Virus record (IMG/VR): IMGVR_UViG_3300047499_000113
Span: 176,016 to 240,015 of that record
Direction: 5' to 3' (one strand)
DNA: 64,000 nucleotides
Below, in pieces: positions 38,188-48,546 of this stretch. Within the stretch, counting starts at the first letter, position 1; each line of letters opens with the position of its first letter. Under the pieces are notes generated by a model. It made no database searches and was not told where the DNA came from. It saw only the letters and a program-made list of their open reading frames with translations. The translations under genes and the position numbers were made by a program.

Positions 38188-38460
38188 ATGAGCCGAGACA
38201 TGCAGAACGAGGCGCGTGTTTTTGGCGATGGGGACGTGACCATCGTCGTCAACATGACCTCGGCCAGCGCTCGCGTTTACGTGGGAACGCAGCAGGTGGG
38301 TTATCTGCAGAAGCTCAACCTATCGCTCGACCTCGAGAATCCGTCGCCGCAGCTCGAATTCGTCTTTCCGCAGTCATATGACTCCGGCGTCAACACACGC
38401 ATCGAGGAGCAGGTTCGCGCGGTTCGGCAACACGTGCCGTGGGCGAAGATTATTCGCTGA
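38188..38460 (+). CDS. Hypothetical protein
   Basis: 90 aa. Confidence 0.55.
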   Translation: MSRDMQNEARVFGDGDVTIVVNMTSASARVYVGTQQVGYLQKLNLSLDLENPSPQLEFVFPQSYDSGVNTRIEEQVRAVRQHVPWAKIIR

Positions 38461-39019
38461 CCTGGTCCTTCTTCTTACGCTTGAGATGAATACCGATTTG
38501 GTCAGGATTCTCGATCATGTAACGGTGGCACGACGCGAAATAACCGGGAAGCGGCTGCGCTGCGTCCCTTCGCATCAGCGCTTCGAGAATCGTCATTCCT
38601 CCGGCATCTGACCAAAGCCACTCTTCCGTAATGGGCACATCCGGCTTCTGCTGGCTCCAGACGTTCCCGTAAGGGAACATCATCAAAACGTATTCCTTCT
38701 TGTCAAAGTGCGGAGAGGGGCTAGGGACGAACTCCTCCTTGCGCTTGATGGACAAGTAGACTCCCGCCGGCAGGGTTACTTGAGCTTCTGGCGTCACCGT
38801 CACCCAACGCTTGATGCTCATCCACTTTGTCTCGGGCGTCTTGAGCTTTGCTCTCTTGCGGCAAGCGAGAGAGCAGTTGTAAAGAGCGGAAGGAGATAGT
38901 CCGCTTTCCCACGGACGAAAAGACTTCGGGACTTCCCGGAAAACGTGCAGTGCAGGGAAGAACGGAATCTGGATCGCCGCGACTGCGTGCTGTACTCTCG
39001 CCAACTCTTCAGAATTCAT
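38450..39019 (-). CDS. Hypothetical protein
   Basis: 189 aa. Confidence 0.55.
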   Translation of the reverse strand: MNSEELARVQHAVAAIQIPFFPALHVFREVPKSFRPWESGLSPSALYNCSLACRKRAKLKTPETKWMSIKRWVTVTPEAQVTLPAGVYLSIKRKEEFVPSPSPHFDKKEYVLMMFPYGNVWSQQKPDVPITEEWLWSDAGGMTILEALMRRDAAQPLPGYFASCHRYMIENPDQIGIHLKRKKKDQVSE

Positions 39020-39036
39020 AGGGAGACACTCCTAGG

Positions 39037-40371
39037 ATGAGCGACATCAAGACAGAAGTCTTTTGCCTCACAGCCCCGGACGGCCGTCTGTTGCCACCTG
39101 CTGTACAGGCAACGGTACTCGCCAAGTATTCCCGATCGCCACTGTCGGCGCGGCAAATCGTCGCGTCGCTGACGGAGGAAGAGGCGGACAAGTTCCAGGA
39201 GAAGTGGGTCATCGGGTACAACCACTCGAGCGTCGCTGAGTTGGCTGTTTTGCCGATTTGCTTCGAGGGCGTGTCCATCGTCGCTTCCAAATTCCTGGAA
39301 TCCTTCCAAAGGCCCGGGTACTCGGAAAAGAGTACACGTTACCAGGTCTTCTCTCGCGATTCCTTCGTCACGCCACCTGGTGCGCCGGCGACAATGCAGA
39401 AGTTTGCCGCCAGGTTCTACGACGCGTACGAAAGCCTGTATCCGAAGGTCCTGCAGCGTGTGGCCAAGCTCACCGGCAAGGACCCGGAAGACCGATTGGT
39501 CAAGGCTCGAACATTCGACAACGTCAGGTATCTGCTGCCCGCCGGGACCGGCACGAACCTAGCCTGGGTCGGCAATGCGAGAGACGCTCGCTACCTCATT
39601 TCCGCAGCTCGAGGTCACACCAACCCCGAGATCCGGATGCTCGGCGATATGGCAGCGAAAGCCGTGGCAGAGATGTGCCCGGTGTTCGTGCAGAAGGCCG
39701 ATGCGGACTCATTCGAACCGCCGATTCGGAGCCTCGGCAATCTCAGCCCGAAGTTCGACTTCTCCAACCCGAACTGGTACGTCGACTTGCATCGCAAGCA
39801 TCTATTGCCAGACTCGGCGCTCGTGCAGAAGTCCTTCGAGGCAGCGATAGCTGACCGCCACGGCATGAGTTGGTCTGCTTTCTCGAAGCTCATGGAGTCC
39901 CGTGGACCCCGAGCGGTACCCAGGGTGTTCCGCACAATCCAGCTCTCGTTCGACATCATGATGGACTACGGAGCGTATCGCGACCTGCAGCGGCACCGCA
40001 GGTGTGAGCAATACGCCGAGCCCCTGCACCCCAACTACGGATTCCTCGTCCCGGACGACATTCTCGGGACCGAACTCGAGCAGGAGTACCGGGCGGCAAT
40101 GCAAGCGGCCCACGCGTACGACGACGAAGCGGTCGTGCACGACCCCGACCTGATGCAGTACATGGTTCCACTCGGATACCTGCACCGGTCGGTCTTCGAC
40201 ATGGACGCTCAGGAGGTTTATTACCTGTCCGAGTTGAGGACGCAGCCTCAAGGCCACATCTCGTACCGGCGAGTGGCGTACGAACTGAGTCGTGTGGCGG
40301 CGGCCAGGCTCCCTCAGGTCTTCCAGTGGTGCCGGGCCATCAAGCCGGAGGCAATCGGCGAACACAAGTGA
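39037..40371 (+). CDS. thyX: Flavin-dependent thymidylate synthase, long two-domain type
   Basis: GYNHSSVAE, SEKSTRY, RYLLP, RDLQRHR, ELRT..QGH.SYR. Confidence 0.85.
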   Translation: MSDIKTEVFCLTAPDGRLLPPAVQATVLAKYSRSPLSARQIVASLTEEEADKFQEKWVIGYNHSSVAELAVLPICFEGVSIVASKFLESFQRPGYSEKSTRYQVFSRDSFVTPPGAPATMQKFAARFYDAYESLYPKVLQRVAKLTGKDPEDRLVKARTFDNVRYLLPAGTGTNLAWVGNARDARYLISAARGHTNPEIRMLGDMAAKAVAEMCPVFVQKADADSFEPPIRSLGNLSPKFDFSNPNWYVDLHRKHLLPDSALVQKSFEAAIADRHGMSWSAFSKLMESRGPRAVPRVFRTIQLSFDIMMDYGAYRDLQRHRRCEQYAEPLHPNYGFLVPDDILGTELEQEYRAAMQAAHAYDDEAVVHDPDLMQYMVPLGYLHRSVFDMDAQEVYYLSELRTQPQGHISYRRVAYELSRVAAARLPQVFQWCRAIKPEAIGEHK

Positions 40372-40602
40372 CTGTTCTGAAGATAGTCGAGCTGTTGGCG
40401 AAGATGGATCCGGACCGCAGAGATGCGGTCCGAGATGCCATACGCGGGCGTGTGCGCTCCGCTGTACAACAAGAAGTGCTCGACAAGATCTCCGAGGCTA
40501 TCGAGGCGGCCGGTCAAGCCGGCATGACGGACGAAGAGATCATGGAGTTCGTCCGCAAGACGCTGCGCAAGTTCGCTCAGAAACGAACGGTTGCGAATGC
40601 GC

Positions 40603-40962
40603 TCAAGTACCGCCGCCACCCTTCGGGTGGATCAAATTGATGTTGAATGGCACCGTCTCGCGTGGGTGCTTGATCGGCTGAGAGAACACCTTCACGAGAT
40701 CGATCTTCAACCGATTGTTTTCTTCATCCCAGCTCGGCACCTCGGCGAGAGTCAGACACGGCCCGTCCTTCTCCATCCGTTCGCGGGACTCGGCGCTCAG
40801 GATGTGAGGCTTGACTGGAGTCCGGCCATAGCCGCCGACGATTTGGCAGGTCACAACCCGTTTGAGAGCAGGGCGAGGCTGCATTGGACTCGCACCTTTC
40901 CTGGGGCAGGTTGCGGCGACTTTGCACTTGTCGCACGTCATCGGGAGCTTTCGAACTTCCAT
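40603..40962 (-). CDS. Cys-rich hypothetical protein
   Basis: 119 aa; TATCGT 5 nt before the ATG. Confidence 0.55.
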   Translation of the reverse strand: MEVRKLPMTCDKCKVAATCPRKGASPMQPRPALKRVVTCQIVGGYGRTPVKPHILSAESRERMEKDGPCLTLAEVPSWDEENNRLKIDLVKVFSQPIKHPRETVPFNINLIHPKGGGGT

Positions 40963-41000
40963 GATGAACGATACAGCTTTAGTTACTTCGCCTTGACGAG

Positions 41001-41921
41001 ATGCAGCCCAAGGGTCTCCCCTACGACTCGATCGTCATGCGCGAGCTTGGCCAGAGCTACGCGGACAAGGGTCTCTTCGAAGTCAACTTGATGTCAGGAG
41101 CGGTCGAGTGGGCAAACGAGTTCGCGCTATCTAAGTACGGGATGACCCTCGAACAGATCCAGGCGATGACAATCTACGACCTGGTTCCGGGCGAACATCA
41201 CGATGCCCTGGCGAGTTCAGTCGCAGATGAGTCGAAGGGTCGAACTCAAAAGTTCTCGATTTGGGCCGGCAAAGCCGCCAATGGGCAGCTTGTTTGGTGG
41301 TATATCACCAAAGTCAAGGCTGCTCATCCTTATCACTGGTACAAAGCCGAGTACCTCAACACCACAGCCAAGACGGGGCCTGAATTCACGGCGATGTTGG
41401 CTGCCATGAACACGGCCAACAGCTACAACGACCTGGCCGCACGGCTGCTCGACTACCAAGAGTGGACGCAGAGCGAAATCAAGAGAATCGATGACGCCAC
41501 TGCGGTCATCCGTCAGGGACAGTTCGAGATGCAAGAGCAGCTCAAGGGGTGTCTGTCCGCCGCGAATCGTGCCGCCAACGAGGCCGTTGAAGCGAATCAG
41601 CGGATGCAGAAGTTCGAGCAGAACGTCGAGAATCAGTTCGCGAAACAGACGACTGAGATCCTGCGGCTCATCAGCACTGACGTCGTGCACGAGCAGAGGA
41701 TGGCATCGTTCGAGTCAGCGATGAAGAAGGCTGCCTCTGACGCCGCTACGAACGCGATCAAGGAGATTGCGGCGTCGGCCGATAAAGCCGGCAAGGCCAT
41801 CACGACTCAAGCGAACAAAGCCGGTCAGGGCCTCGCACGCAAGGTCACGATTCCTGTCGGCGTGATCGCGACGGTCGCGACCATCATCCAGTGGATCATC
41901 ACGAACTGGCCGAAGAAGTAG
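41001..41921 (+). CDS. PAS domain + coiled coil + C-terminal transmembrane protein
   Basis: 'WANEFALSKYGMTLEQIQAMTIYDLVP', 'ANGQLVW'; long heptad region; terminal hydrophobic helix. Confidence 0.65.
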   Translation: MQPKGLPYDSIVMRELGQSYADKGLFEVNLMSGAVEWANEFALSKYGMTLEQIQAMTIYDLVPGEHHDALASSVADESKGRTQKFSIWAGKAANGQLVWWYITKVKAAHPYHWYKAEYLNTTAKTGPEFTAMLAAMNTANSYNDLAARLLDYQEWTQSEIKRIDDATAVIRQGQFEMQEQLKGCLSAANRAANEAVEANQRMQKFEQNVENQFAKQTTEILRLISTDVVHEQRMASFESAMKKAASDAATNAIKEIAASADKAGKAITTQANKAGQGLARKVTIPVGVIATVATIIQWIITNWPKK

Positions 41922-42488
41922 GCTTCGGATAGCCCTCGCGCACGAACCGATCCATTTCGGCCACGCGCTTGAGGGTCTCGGTCCGCCACCCTTGTTCGTC
42001 GGTGTTCCACGCCGCACGAAGGACAGCCTGCATGCGATCAGGTCGTTCGGCCTTCTCGGCCACGAACTTCTTGACGCGCTCATCTGTGGCGAACATTGCC
42101 TTGGCGAAACGCACGAGCGTCATCGACCTGTGTGGAAGCATCGTGTCTCCCTACCTCGAAGGTGTCGAGATTTCCGGCGTATCACTCGTCGTCATCGAGG
42201 AATTTATCTAGCTCCAATGCCATCTCTCCGGACTTTGTCCGTTGCTCGGAAGACCTCGCCGACATCCGGCGGGCGAGTTCCGCTATCTGGCGCAGAGTCG
42301 AGTGCATCATCCGTGGCATGTCATCGCACTCAGCAGCACAACGTATCAGCCATCGTGCTCCGCTCACTGCAGCGATTCGCCATGACTCGATACCGCGATA
42401 CTCTGCAACTACATCAGTCTCAAGCGCGATTCGAAGCAACTCCTCTCGCAGTCGAGCAGGAATTGTATACTTTGCGGGTCCATCAGAC

Positions 42489-43157
42489 ATGTCGTTAACA
42501 AGCCACTCCAAAAACGTCTTCGAGGCTACCATCGAAGATGGAAAGATCAGCGGGAAACGCCACGGCCGCGTTGCGATGGCTTCTCCGCAGGCCGCAGCTT
42601 ACTTCGACAAACTCAAAAGCGAGCTGAAACTCGCGAAGATCGAGGGCTACGAGATCCGAGCAGAAGAGAACACGCGTGACGCAATTGTGAAGGCGAAGAT
42701 CCGCGTGAGTTTCAACGGCAAGGAGTATGCGCAGAAAGTCCAGCTCTCGAGGTCCGGCGCTTACAAAGCAGAAACTCCGAAAGAGCCCATCGATGTCGGC
42801 AAGGACCCGGAGACTAAGAAGTTCTGCCTGCACATCGCTGAGGAAGCGCGCAGAGTGACCGGCCAGGCGACCTGGGATTACACGAAGGACGGGAATCCCA
42901 TCCCGCACGAAGACATCGTGCTCAGGCAGGTCCGCGAAGTGCTCAAGAACGACGTGCGCGATACGAACATGCGTCTCGTCCAGGAAATGCGGGACCTTCT
43001 CGAGCAGGACGACGTCAAACGCGAGGCTCTCATCGCTTTCGAAGACGTGATGCGAGACCGAGTGCACAACGCACTCGAAGAGTTCGAGAAACTGCCGCCC
43101 GAGACGATGCACAAGTTTCTTGACGAGATGTACTGCAAGAAAATCCACGACGCATGA
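42489..43157 (+). CDS. Hypothetical protein ending IHDA
   Basis: Probable start MSLTSH at 42489. Confidence 0.6.
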   Translation: MSLTSHSKNVFEATIEDGKISGKRHGRVAMASPQAAAYFDKLKSELKLAKIEGYEIRAEENTRDAIVKAKIRVSFNGKEYAQKVQLSRSGAYKAETPKEPIDVGKDPETKKFCLHIAEEARRVTGQATWDYTKDGNPIPHEDIVLRQVREVLKNDVRDTNMRLVQEMRDLLEQDDVKREALIAFEDVMRDRVHNALEEFEKLPPETMHKFLDEMYCKKIHDA

Positions 43158-43408
43158 GTAAACAAGCCGGCAACGGGCACGAGTGGCGAGACCTCTCGGA
43201 CAAAGAAGTCATCTTTCACAACCCGGAGCTTCGCGAGAAGGCAGCAAAGAGCGGGGAAGAGGGATCTCAGTGGATGAGCCGCAAGTCCTTGCCGTCTTGG
43301 TACAAAACACGTGAGTGCACCAGGTGTGGACTCTTGTCTCCAGATTACCTCGATCCGGAGAACTCATCCTGTAACATAGTCGTCGTGCGCGGCATCCACG
43401 AAAGTTGA
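43154..43408 (+). CDS. Small HxW-CxxC protein ending IHES
   Basis: GHEW...CTRCG...CNIVVVRGIHES. Confidence 0.7.
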   Translation: MSKQAGNGHEWRDLSDKEVIFHNPELREKAAKSGEEGSQWMSRKSLPSWYKTRECTRCGLLSPDYLDPENSSCNIVVVRGIHES

Positions 43409-43430
43409 ACCTTTTCTGCGCCGCGGGAAC

Positions 43431-43625
43431 GTGGATAGGGCTCGGTTGGAGAGGATTGCTGCACGAGTCGCCTGGGAACCGCCCAAGACGGATTCTGGCG
43501 AGACCATGACGCTCCTCGAATACGCCGGCCCTCTCGGACCGAACGACGAAGTCATAGAGCGCGACGGCAAGCAGTACGTCTTGCGCAAAGCTCCGAAAGC
43601 GCCGGCGAAGCCATACGAGTGGTGA
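43431..43625 (+). CDS. Small protein with RIAARVA motif
   Basis: MDRARLERIAARVA. Confidence 0.55.
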   Translation: MDRARLERIAARVAWEPPKTDSGETMTLLEYAGPLGPNDEVIERDGKQYVLRKAPKAPAKPYEW

Positions 43626-43640
43626 TGTAAGTTCCCCTCG

Positions 43641-43871
43641 TTGAGGAGGCACGTCTGGCCCGAAATGAAGCCCACCGAGATTCAAGGGCAGTGGAAAAGC
43701 GTGTGCCCTCGGTGTGGAACAGTCATTTGGGGCTCGATGGGCCACAAGCCAACGCCGGCGGACCTACAGTTCCAAGACATCCTGGAGATTGCGATGAGCA
43801 ACTTGCCCGGCGAGTCATGGAGTCCTAAGTGCACGATTGGGGATTCGTGTCAGAGCGTCGAAGACCGCTGA
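43641..43871 (+). CDS. Small HxW-CxxC protein
   Basis: RRHVW...CPRCG. Confidence 0.5.
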   Translation: MRRHVWPEMKPTEIQGQWKSVCPRCGTVIWGSMGHKPTPADLQFQDILEIAMSNLPGESWSPKCTIGDSCQSVEDR

Positions 43872-44017
43872 ACAGCTACGGGTCGGACAGAGAAGCGACC
43901 TGGAAGTGCAGCAAGTGTCTGAAGACGACGACTACAGACGACAAAGACGAGCGGCCGTATGTCGGACACGACGACAACTGCGACATGACCGCCGTCCGAG
44001 CAGTGATGGAGAGTTAG
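43829..44017 (+). CDS. Small CxxC protein ending VMES (start uncertain)
   Basis: WKCSKC...CDMTAVRAVMES. Confidence 0.55.
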   Translation: MHDWGFVSERRRPLNSYGSDREATWKCSKCLKTTTTDDKDERPYVGHDDNCDMTAVRAVMES

Positions 44018-44018
44018 C

Positions 44019-44690
44019 ATGCAAGACGACGACAAAGTGGCACTCATCGACCTGGACGGAACAATCGCCGACTACGACACGGCGATGAAGAAAGAGCTGG
44101 ACTTCCTGCGCTCTCCTGGAGAGCCTCCGGTGATCGACAGGTACATGGACAGGGAAGCCAACGAAGTGCGTGCTGCAAGAAGGGCTTCTACGCGAGCGGT
44201 GGCGCACGAGGCGCCTCATCTCGAGCGCCGACGCAAGCTCATCCAGCAAAAGCCCGGATTCTGGCGCGGACTCCCTCGTCATCCGCTCGGATTCCAGGTA
44301 ATCGAAGAGATACGCGCCCTGCGCTTCACGCTCGGCGTGCTCACGAAGGGTCCGGGCAAGACTCCGGGAGCGTGGACCGAGAAGTTCGAGTGGTGTCAGG
44401 CGAACATCCCCGACGCCGACGTGACCATCACGCAGAACAAGGCGCGCGTCTACGGGCGCGTCCTGTTCGATGACTGGCCCGACTACTACATCCCGTGGCT
44501 CGTCCACCGTCCGCGCGGACTCGTCATCTCGGTCGCTCAGCCGTGGAATGCGAACATGGACGAGATTCTTGCTGCGGCGAAGAAGGCGGGAGTCGAGACT
44601 CCGCGCATCATTCGCTACGATGGGACGAATCTCGAAGAGTTGAAAGCGCAGCTGCACTGGGCGTACAATCGTCCGTCACGGAGCGTCTGA
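44019..44690 (+). CDS. HAD-family 5'(3')-deoxyribonucleotidase-like
   Basis: IDLDGTIAD, FW..L, EK.EW, LFDD, QPWN. Confidence 0.8.
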   Translation: MQDDDKVALIDLDGTIADYDTAMKKELDFLRSPGEPPVIDRYMDREANEVRAARRASTRAVAHEAPHLERRRKLIQQKPGFWRGLPRHPLGFQVIEEIRALRFTLGVLTKGPGKTPGAWTEKFEWCQANIPDADVTITQNKARVYGRVLFDDWPDYYIPWLVHRPRGLVISVAQPWNANMDEILAAAKKAGVETPRIIRYDGTNLEELKAQLHWAYNRPSRSV

Positions 44691-45076
44691 TGGACTCCAC
44701 GGTGAAAGTCGGACCGATACCTGGTGAGTCTGATCCGAAAGACGCGGCGCAGGAACGGCTCACCAAACTGAAGGAGTCGTTCAAGCTGGGAACCTATCAG
44801 CACTACAAGGGCCCATACTACACGGTCTACGCGCTCTCCATCAAGGAGGACACATGCGACGTGCTCGTGCACTACTCGCATGATCACAAGACCCAGTGGA
44901 CAAGGACCTTCGAAGACTTCACGACTGCCGTCGAAGGACACGGCAAACGCTTCAAATACGTGCGAGAAGCGCACCCGATTCAGCTTCTGCGGGCTGCCGG
45001 TTTCGACAGCATGGTAGACGGCTTCCAGGCGCTCGGAGACGCGTGGCAGTTTCTGCGTGAGATTCGCGGCGCGTAA
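44690..45076 (+). CDS. DUF1653-like protein
   Basis: GTYQHYKG.YYTV...W.R..EDF...RF. Confidence 0.65.
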   Translation: MDSTVKVGPIPGESDPKDAAQERLTKLKESFKLGTYQHYKGPYYTVYALSIKEDTCDVLVHYSHDHKTQWTRTFEDFTTAVEGHGKRFKYVREAHPIQLLRAAGFDSMVDGFQALGDAWQFLREIRGA

Positions 45077-45084
45077 CGTCTGGT

Positions 45085-45381
45085 ATGTCGGATTACGTGC
45101 ACTTTCTCGGCGCCATCACGCGCTGCGATGGGCTCCTTGCATTCGGGAAGTTCATCCGAGATGACGGGCAAATCATCGACGAGATGGGTATGCCCCTCAA
45201 CGCCTTCAATGTTCCTCCGCCGCCGGCGACGGTCATCATCGCTCGGGCGAAGTTGAACGGGCCGGGCCCGATCGCCAAGCTGGATCTCAAGTTCCGGGCA
45301 GCCACGCTCGAGGAGATCCAGTTCTTCGACCGAGTCGAGATGGCCGAAGTCTTCCAATGGATGAAGACCGTCGAGATCTAG
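45085..45381 (+). CDS. Hypothetical protein
   Basis: 98 aa. Confidence 0.55.
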   Translation: MSDYVHFLGAITRCDGLLAFGKFIRDDGQIIDEMGMPLNAFNVPPPPATVIIARAKLNGPGPIAKLDLKFRAATLEEIQFFDRVEMAEVFQWMKTVEI

Positions 45382-45408
45382 GCTGCTTGTGAAGGGTAGC
45401 GTTTGACC

Positions 45409-47988
45409 ATGCCCACCTTCACCGTGTCCTTGATCGCGTCGATTCCGGTCAGCGCACAAGTGGTGGTCGAGGCTGACAACGAGCAGGATGCCGTCAAACT
45501 GGCAGCCCAGCTCCATTCACAAGCCCGCCTCGGGTGGCTCTACAATGGCCTCCCCATCCCGGCGTTCAACGGGCCGGTGGCCTCCATCTGGTCGAGTCCC
45601 GGGACGTTGCCCGGACCTGGGCCCAAGACGTCCAAGACGACCCTTCAGGTCAACTCCACAGTGGTGCCGTTCGGCACACCGGTCACAGCGGTCGCCACCA
45701 TTCAGCCAGGCGCTACCGGCCTGGTGACTTTCTACGACGGAGGCACGCTGCTGGGGTCGGCGGTGCCGAACGGTTTGGGAGTCGCCACTCTCGCCGACAT
45801 TAACTTGCCCATCGGGACCCAGCCGATTGTGGCGCAGTTCGCAGGCGATTTATATCTGGCACCAAGCACGTCGAACATCGTGGACGTTCTCGTGCAAGCA
45901 CCCGCGACGCAAACAGCGGTCGTGGCCGCGCCGAACCCGCAGAACTTCGGAAACAACGTCACCATCACGGCGACCGTCACATCGACCGCGGGCACCCCGG
46001 ATGGGCTCGTGTTCTTCTATGACGGGCTCACGCAAATCGGATCCGGACCGCTCAGTGGTGGTATGGCTTCCATGGTCACGAATGTGCTTGCCGCGGGCAA
46101 CCATTCGTTGACTGCTGCGTATCAAGGAAGTTCCAACTTCGCGCCAAGCACGTCTCCCGCATACATCGAGACCATTCTTACGACAGCGACAAACACCACG
46201 GTGATGTCGAACTTGCCGAGTTCGATCTTCGAACAACTCGTGGTCTTTACTGCAAGCGTCAGTTCTACGTTTGGTCCTCCAACCTCCGGAACTGTCCACT
46301 TCGTAGCTGTGCCGTCCAGCGGACCGTCGATCGATCTCGGGACTGTGGGTGTGGATGGAAGCGGCAACGCCGCGGTATCCAGTGCCACGTTGCCCGTTGG
46401 CACGTACACTATTCAGGCCACGTACAGCGGCAACGTCAACTTCCAGGGAAGCCAGGGCACCACCGGTCAACTCGTCGCCGCTGCTCCGACAAACACTGCG
46501 GTTGTTTCGAGCAATTCGAACGCGGCATTCGGTGTTCTTGTCACGTGGACCGCAACCGTCACGTCGACGTACGGAACAGTCAATGCGGGGTCAGTCACAT
46601 TCGTCGCTATCCCTACTGGAGAAGGCGTCCCTATCACGTTGGGAACTCAGAACGTCGACGGCACCGGACACGCATCGGTCAGCTCGTCCACGCTTCCGGC
46701 CGGGTCTTGGACGATTCAGGCGTCCTATAGCGGCACCATGAATTTCGGCGCCAGCGTCGGAACGACGGGCCAGACGATCTTCTTGAACACCGCTATGATC
46801 ACGGTGACGGACAACCCGACCTCGTTCAATACGCTATACTTGGACGGGCTCGTTTTGCGTGCCACTCTCAGCGGCAGTGGACCTACCCCGACCGGCACTG
46901 TGACATTCTATGCGGGATCAACCGTCGGGTGGCCAGGTGATGCGGCTGCAGTTCCCGGAGGGTCAAATATCACCATCGTGGGTGGTGTGGCCCAAGTCAC
47001 CATTCCTTCGACGAGTATCGGCGTCGGGGTCTATACGATTTCGTGCTCGTACAGCGGAGACAGCAATTACTCGCCGGTGACGTATACTGTCCCAACCACC
47101 TGCCAGCTCAACGTGGTCGATCCGTTCAATATCGTGAACTCGACGCACGCTACGACAGTGCTGAATGGGAATCTTACCGACAACACGGTCAATTTCCTGG
47201 CAGGAGGCGAGTACAGCGTTCAAGTCAACGACCAGCTCATCATGAACGGAACTGGCAACGTATACCAGATCCTTGCAGTGAGCACCAACACGCTAAGCGT
47301 GCTGTCCGTCATCAACTCGGATACCGGACCCAACAACAACGGCTTTACCAGCAGTGACGTTGGGTCAAATATGTCGTACACGATCGAAAGCTCGAACATC
47401 TCTCCAAATCAATTCTGGAGGCTGGCGAGCAGTCCATCCGGGACATACAACGATTGGACTGTCACTGTCCAACAAGGAACCGGAGCCGCTCCGACACCGA
47501 CAGGGACACTCTGGTTCTTCTACTTCCCGAGCGGCGAGTTCACTCAAGCGCCAGCGTGGACACAACTCGGGATTGTCAGCAACGTCACGAACAGCGGCGG
47601 TCTCATTCAGATCGTCACGACACAAGAGCACGGATACATCAGCGGACAGCAAGCAGTCATTAGTGGTGTCGTTGGAGTCCCGGCAAATGGTACATGGACT
47701 GTCACCATCGTCGACTCTCAGACATTCACCCTCAACGGGTCCGTGTTCTCAGGAAGCTATTCGAGCGGCGGAATTTGCGGTTTCTTGATGAGCGGGGGTT
47801 CTGCCACCTTCCACATGGACCAAGGTGGTGCCGACCCATTTGGAGGCGGCCTAGCGCAGAGCGCACCTCTTTCCGTGCAGTATAGCGGCGACTCGAATTA
47901 TGCCAACACTCCGAACCCGAACGGAGACTCCTCGCTCCCGCCAGGGGCTCCTCTCCTCGGAGGTGTGCAGCTCGAGGGAGCCGGTTAG
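45409..47988 (+). CDS. Large protein with about five bacterial Ig-like repeats (virion surface/adhesin)
   Basis: Repeated 'TATV...G.VTF...LG...G.A....L..G...I.A.YSGD.N' units. Confidence 0.8.
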   Translation: MPTFTVSLIASIPVSAQVVVEADNEQDAVKLAAQLHSQARLGWLYNGLPIPAFNGPVASIWSSPGTLPGPGPKTSKTTLQVNSTVVPFGTPVTAVATIQPGATGLVTFYDGGTLLGSAVPNGLGVATLADINLPIGTQPIVAQFAGDLYLAPSTSNIVDVLVQAPATQTAVVAAPNPQNFGNNVTITATVTSTAGTPDGLVFFYDGLTQIGSGPLSGGMASMVTNVLAAGNHSLTAAYQGSSNFAPSTSPAYIETILTTATNTTVMSNLPSSIFEQLVVFTASVSSTFGPPTSGTVHFVAVPSSGPSIDLGTVGVDGSGNAAVSSATLPVGTYTIQATYSGNVNFQGSQGTTGQLVAAAPTNTAVVSSNSNAAFGVLVTWTATVTSTYGTVNAGSVTFVAIPTGEGVPITLGTQNVDGTGHASVSSSTLPAGSWTIQASYSGTMNFGASVGTTGQTIFLNTAMITVTDNPTSFNTLYLDGLVLRATLSGSGPTPTGTVTFYAGSTVGWPGDAAAVPGGSNITIVGGVAQVTIPSTSIGVGVYTISCSYSGDSNYSPVTYTVPTTCQLNVVDPFNIVNSTHATTVLNGNLTDNTVNFLAGGEYSVQVNDQLIMNGTGNVYQILAVSTNTLSVLSVINSDTGPNNNGFTSSDVGSNMSYTIESSNISPNQFWRLASSPSGTYNDWTVTVQQGTGAAPTPTGTLWFFYFPSGEFTQAPAWTQLGIVSNVTNSGGLIQIVTTQEHGYISGQQAVISGVVGVPANGTWTVTIVDSQTFTLNGSVFSGSYSSGGICGFLMSGGSATFHMDQGGADPFGGGLAQSAPLSVQYSGDSNYANTPNPNGDSSLPPGAPLLGGVQLEGAG

Positions 47989-48497
47989 CGATGCGGATGC
48001 TCAGCGTTCCAGACCTTGAGAAGAGCAAGCCTTCTGTCGATAGGGCCGGCGCGGTCTAGGATGAGCACACCGTCAAGGTGATCGGTCTCGTGCTGCACGC
48101 ACGCGCTCGCGAGCCCATTGCACACCATCTCCACTTTGGAGCCGCGGTAATCTAGAGCCCGTACCAATACCGAGGCCGGGCGAGACACCTCAATCGTGGC
48201 CCCTGGAAGACTCAGGCAGCCCTCTTCCAGTCTGGCAGTGCCTTCTCCCATGTCCTCCACTATCGGGTTGACGAAGGCTTTCCGACCCTGACCCGGCAAG
48301 TGCATGACGAACATGCGGAGTGCGATTCCGCATTGCGGGGCAGCCAGACCTATTCCTCCCCATTCGTCCATGCGGTCCATCATTTCGTCGATGGAGTGTT
48401 GGATCTCAGGGGAAAAGACCTCTACTGGCTTGCACTTTGTCCGAAGTCGAACATCGGGGTACAGCAGCAGGCTCATTTGCCTCGAGAGTCCATTCAA
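47985..48497 (-). CDS. def: Peptide deformylase
   Basis: GIGLAAPQ, EGCLS, QHETDHLDG; start may be 48476. Confidence 0.93.
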   Translation of the reverse strand: MNGLSRQMSLLLYPDVRLRTKCKPVEVFSPEIQHSIDEMMDRMDEWGGIGLAAPQCGIALRMFVMHLPGQGRKAFVNPIVEDMGEGTARLEEGCLSLPGATIEVSRPASVLVRALDYRGSKVEMVCNGLASACVQHETDHLDGVLILDRAGPIDRRLALLKVWNAEHPHR

Positions 48498-48546
48498 GCC
48501 CAGTGCGCCGGCCTCGTTGGGGCCTTATTTCCTTGTAAAGTTACAC

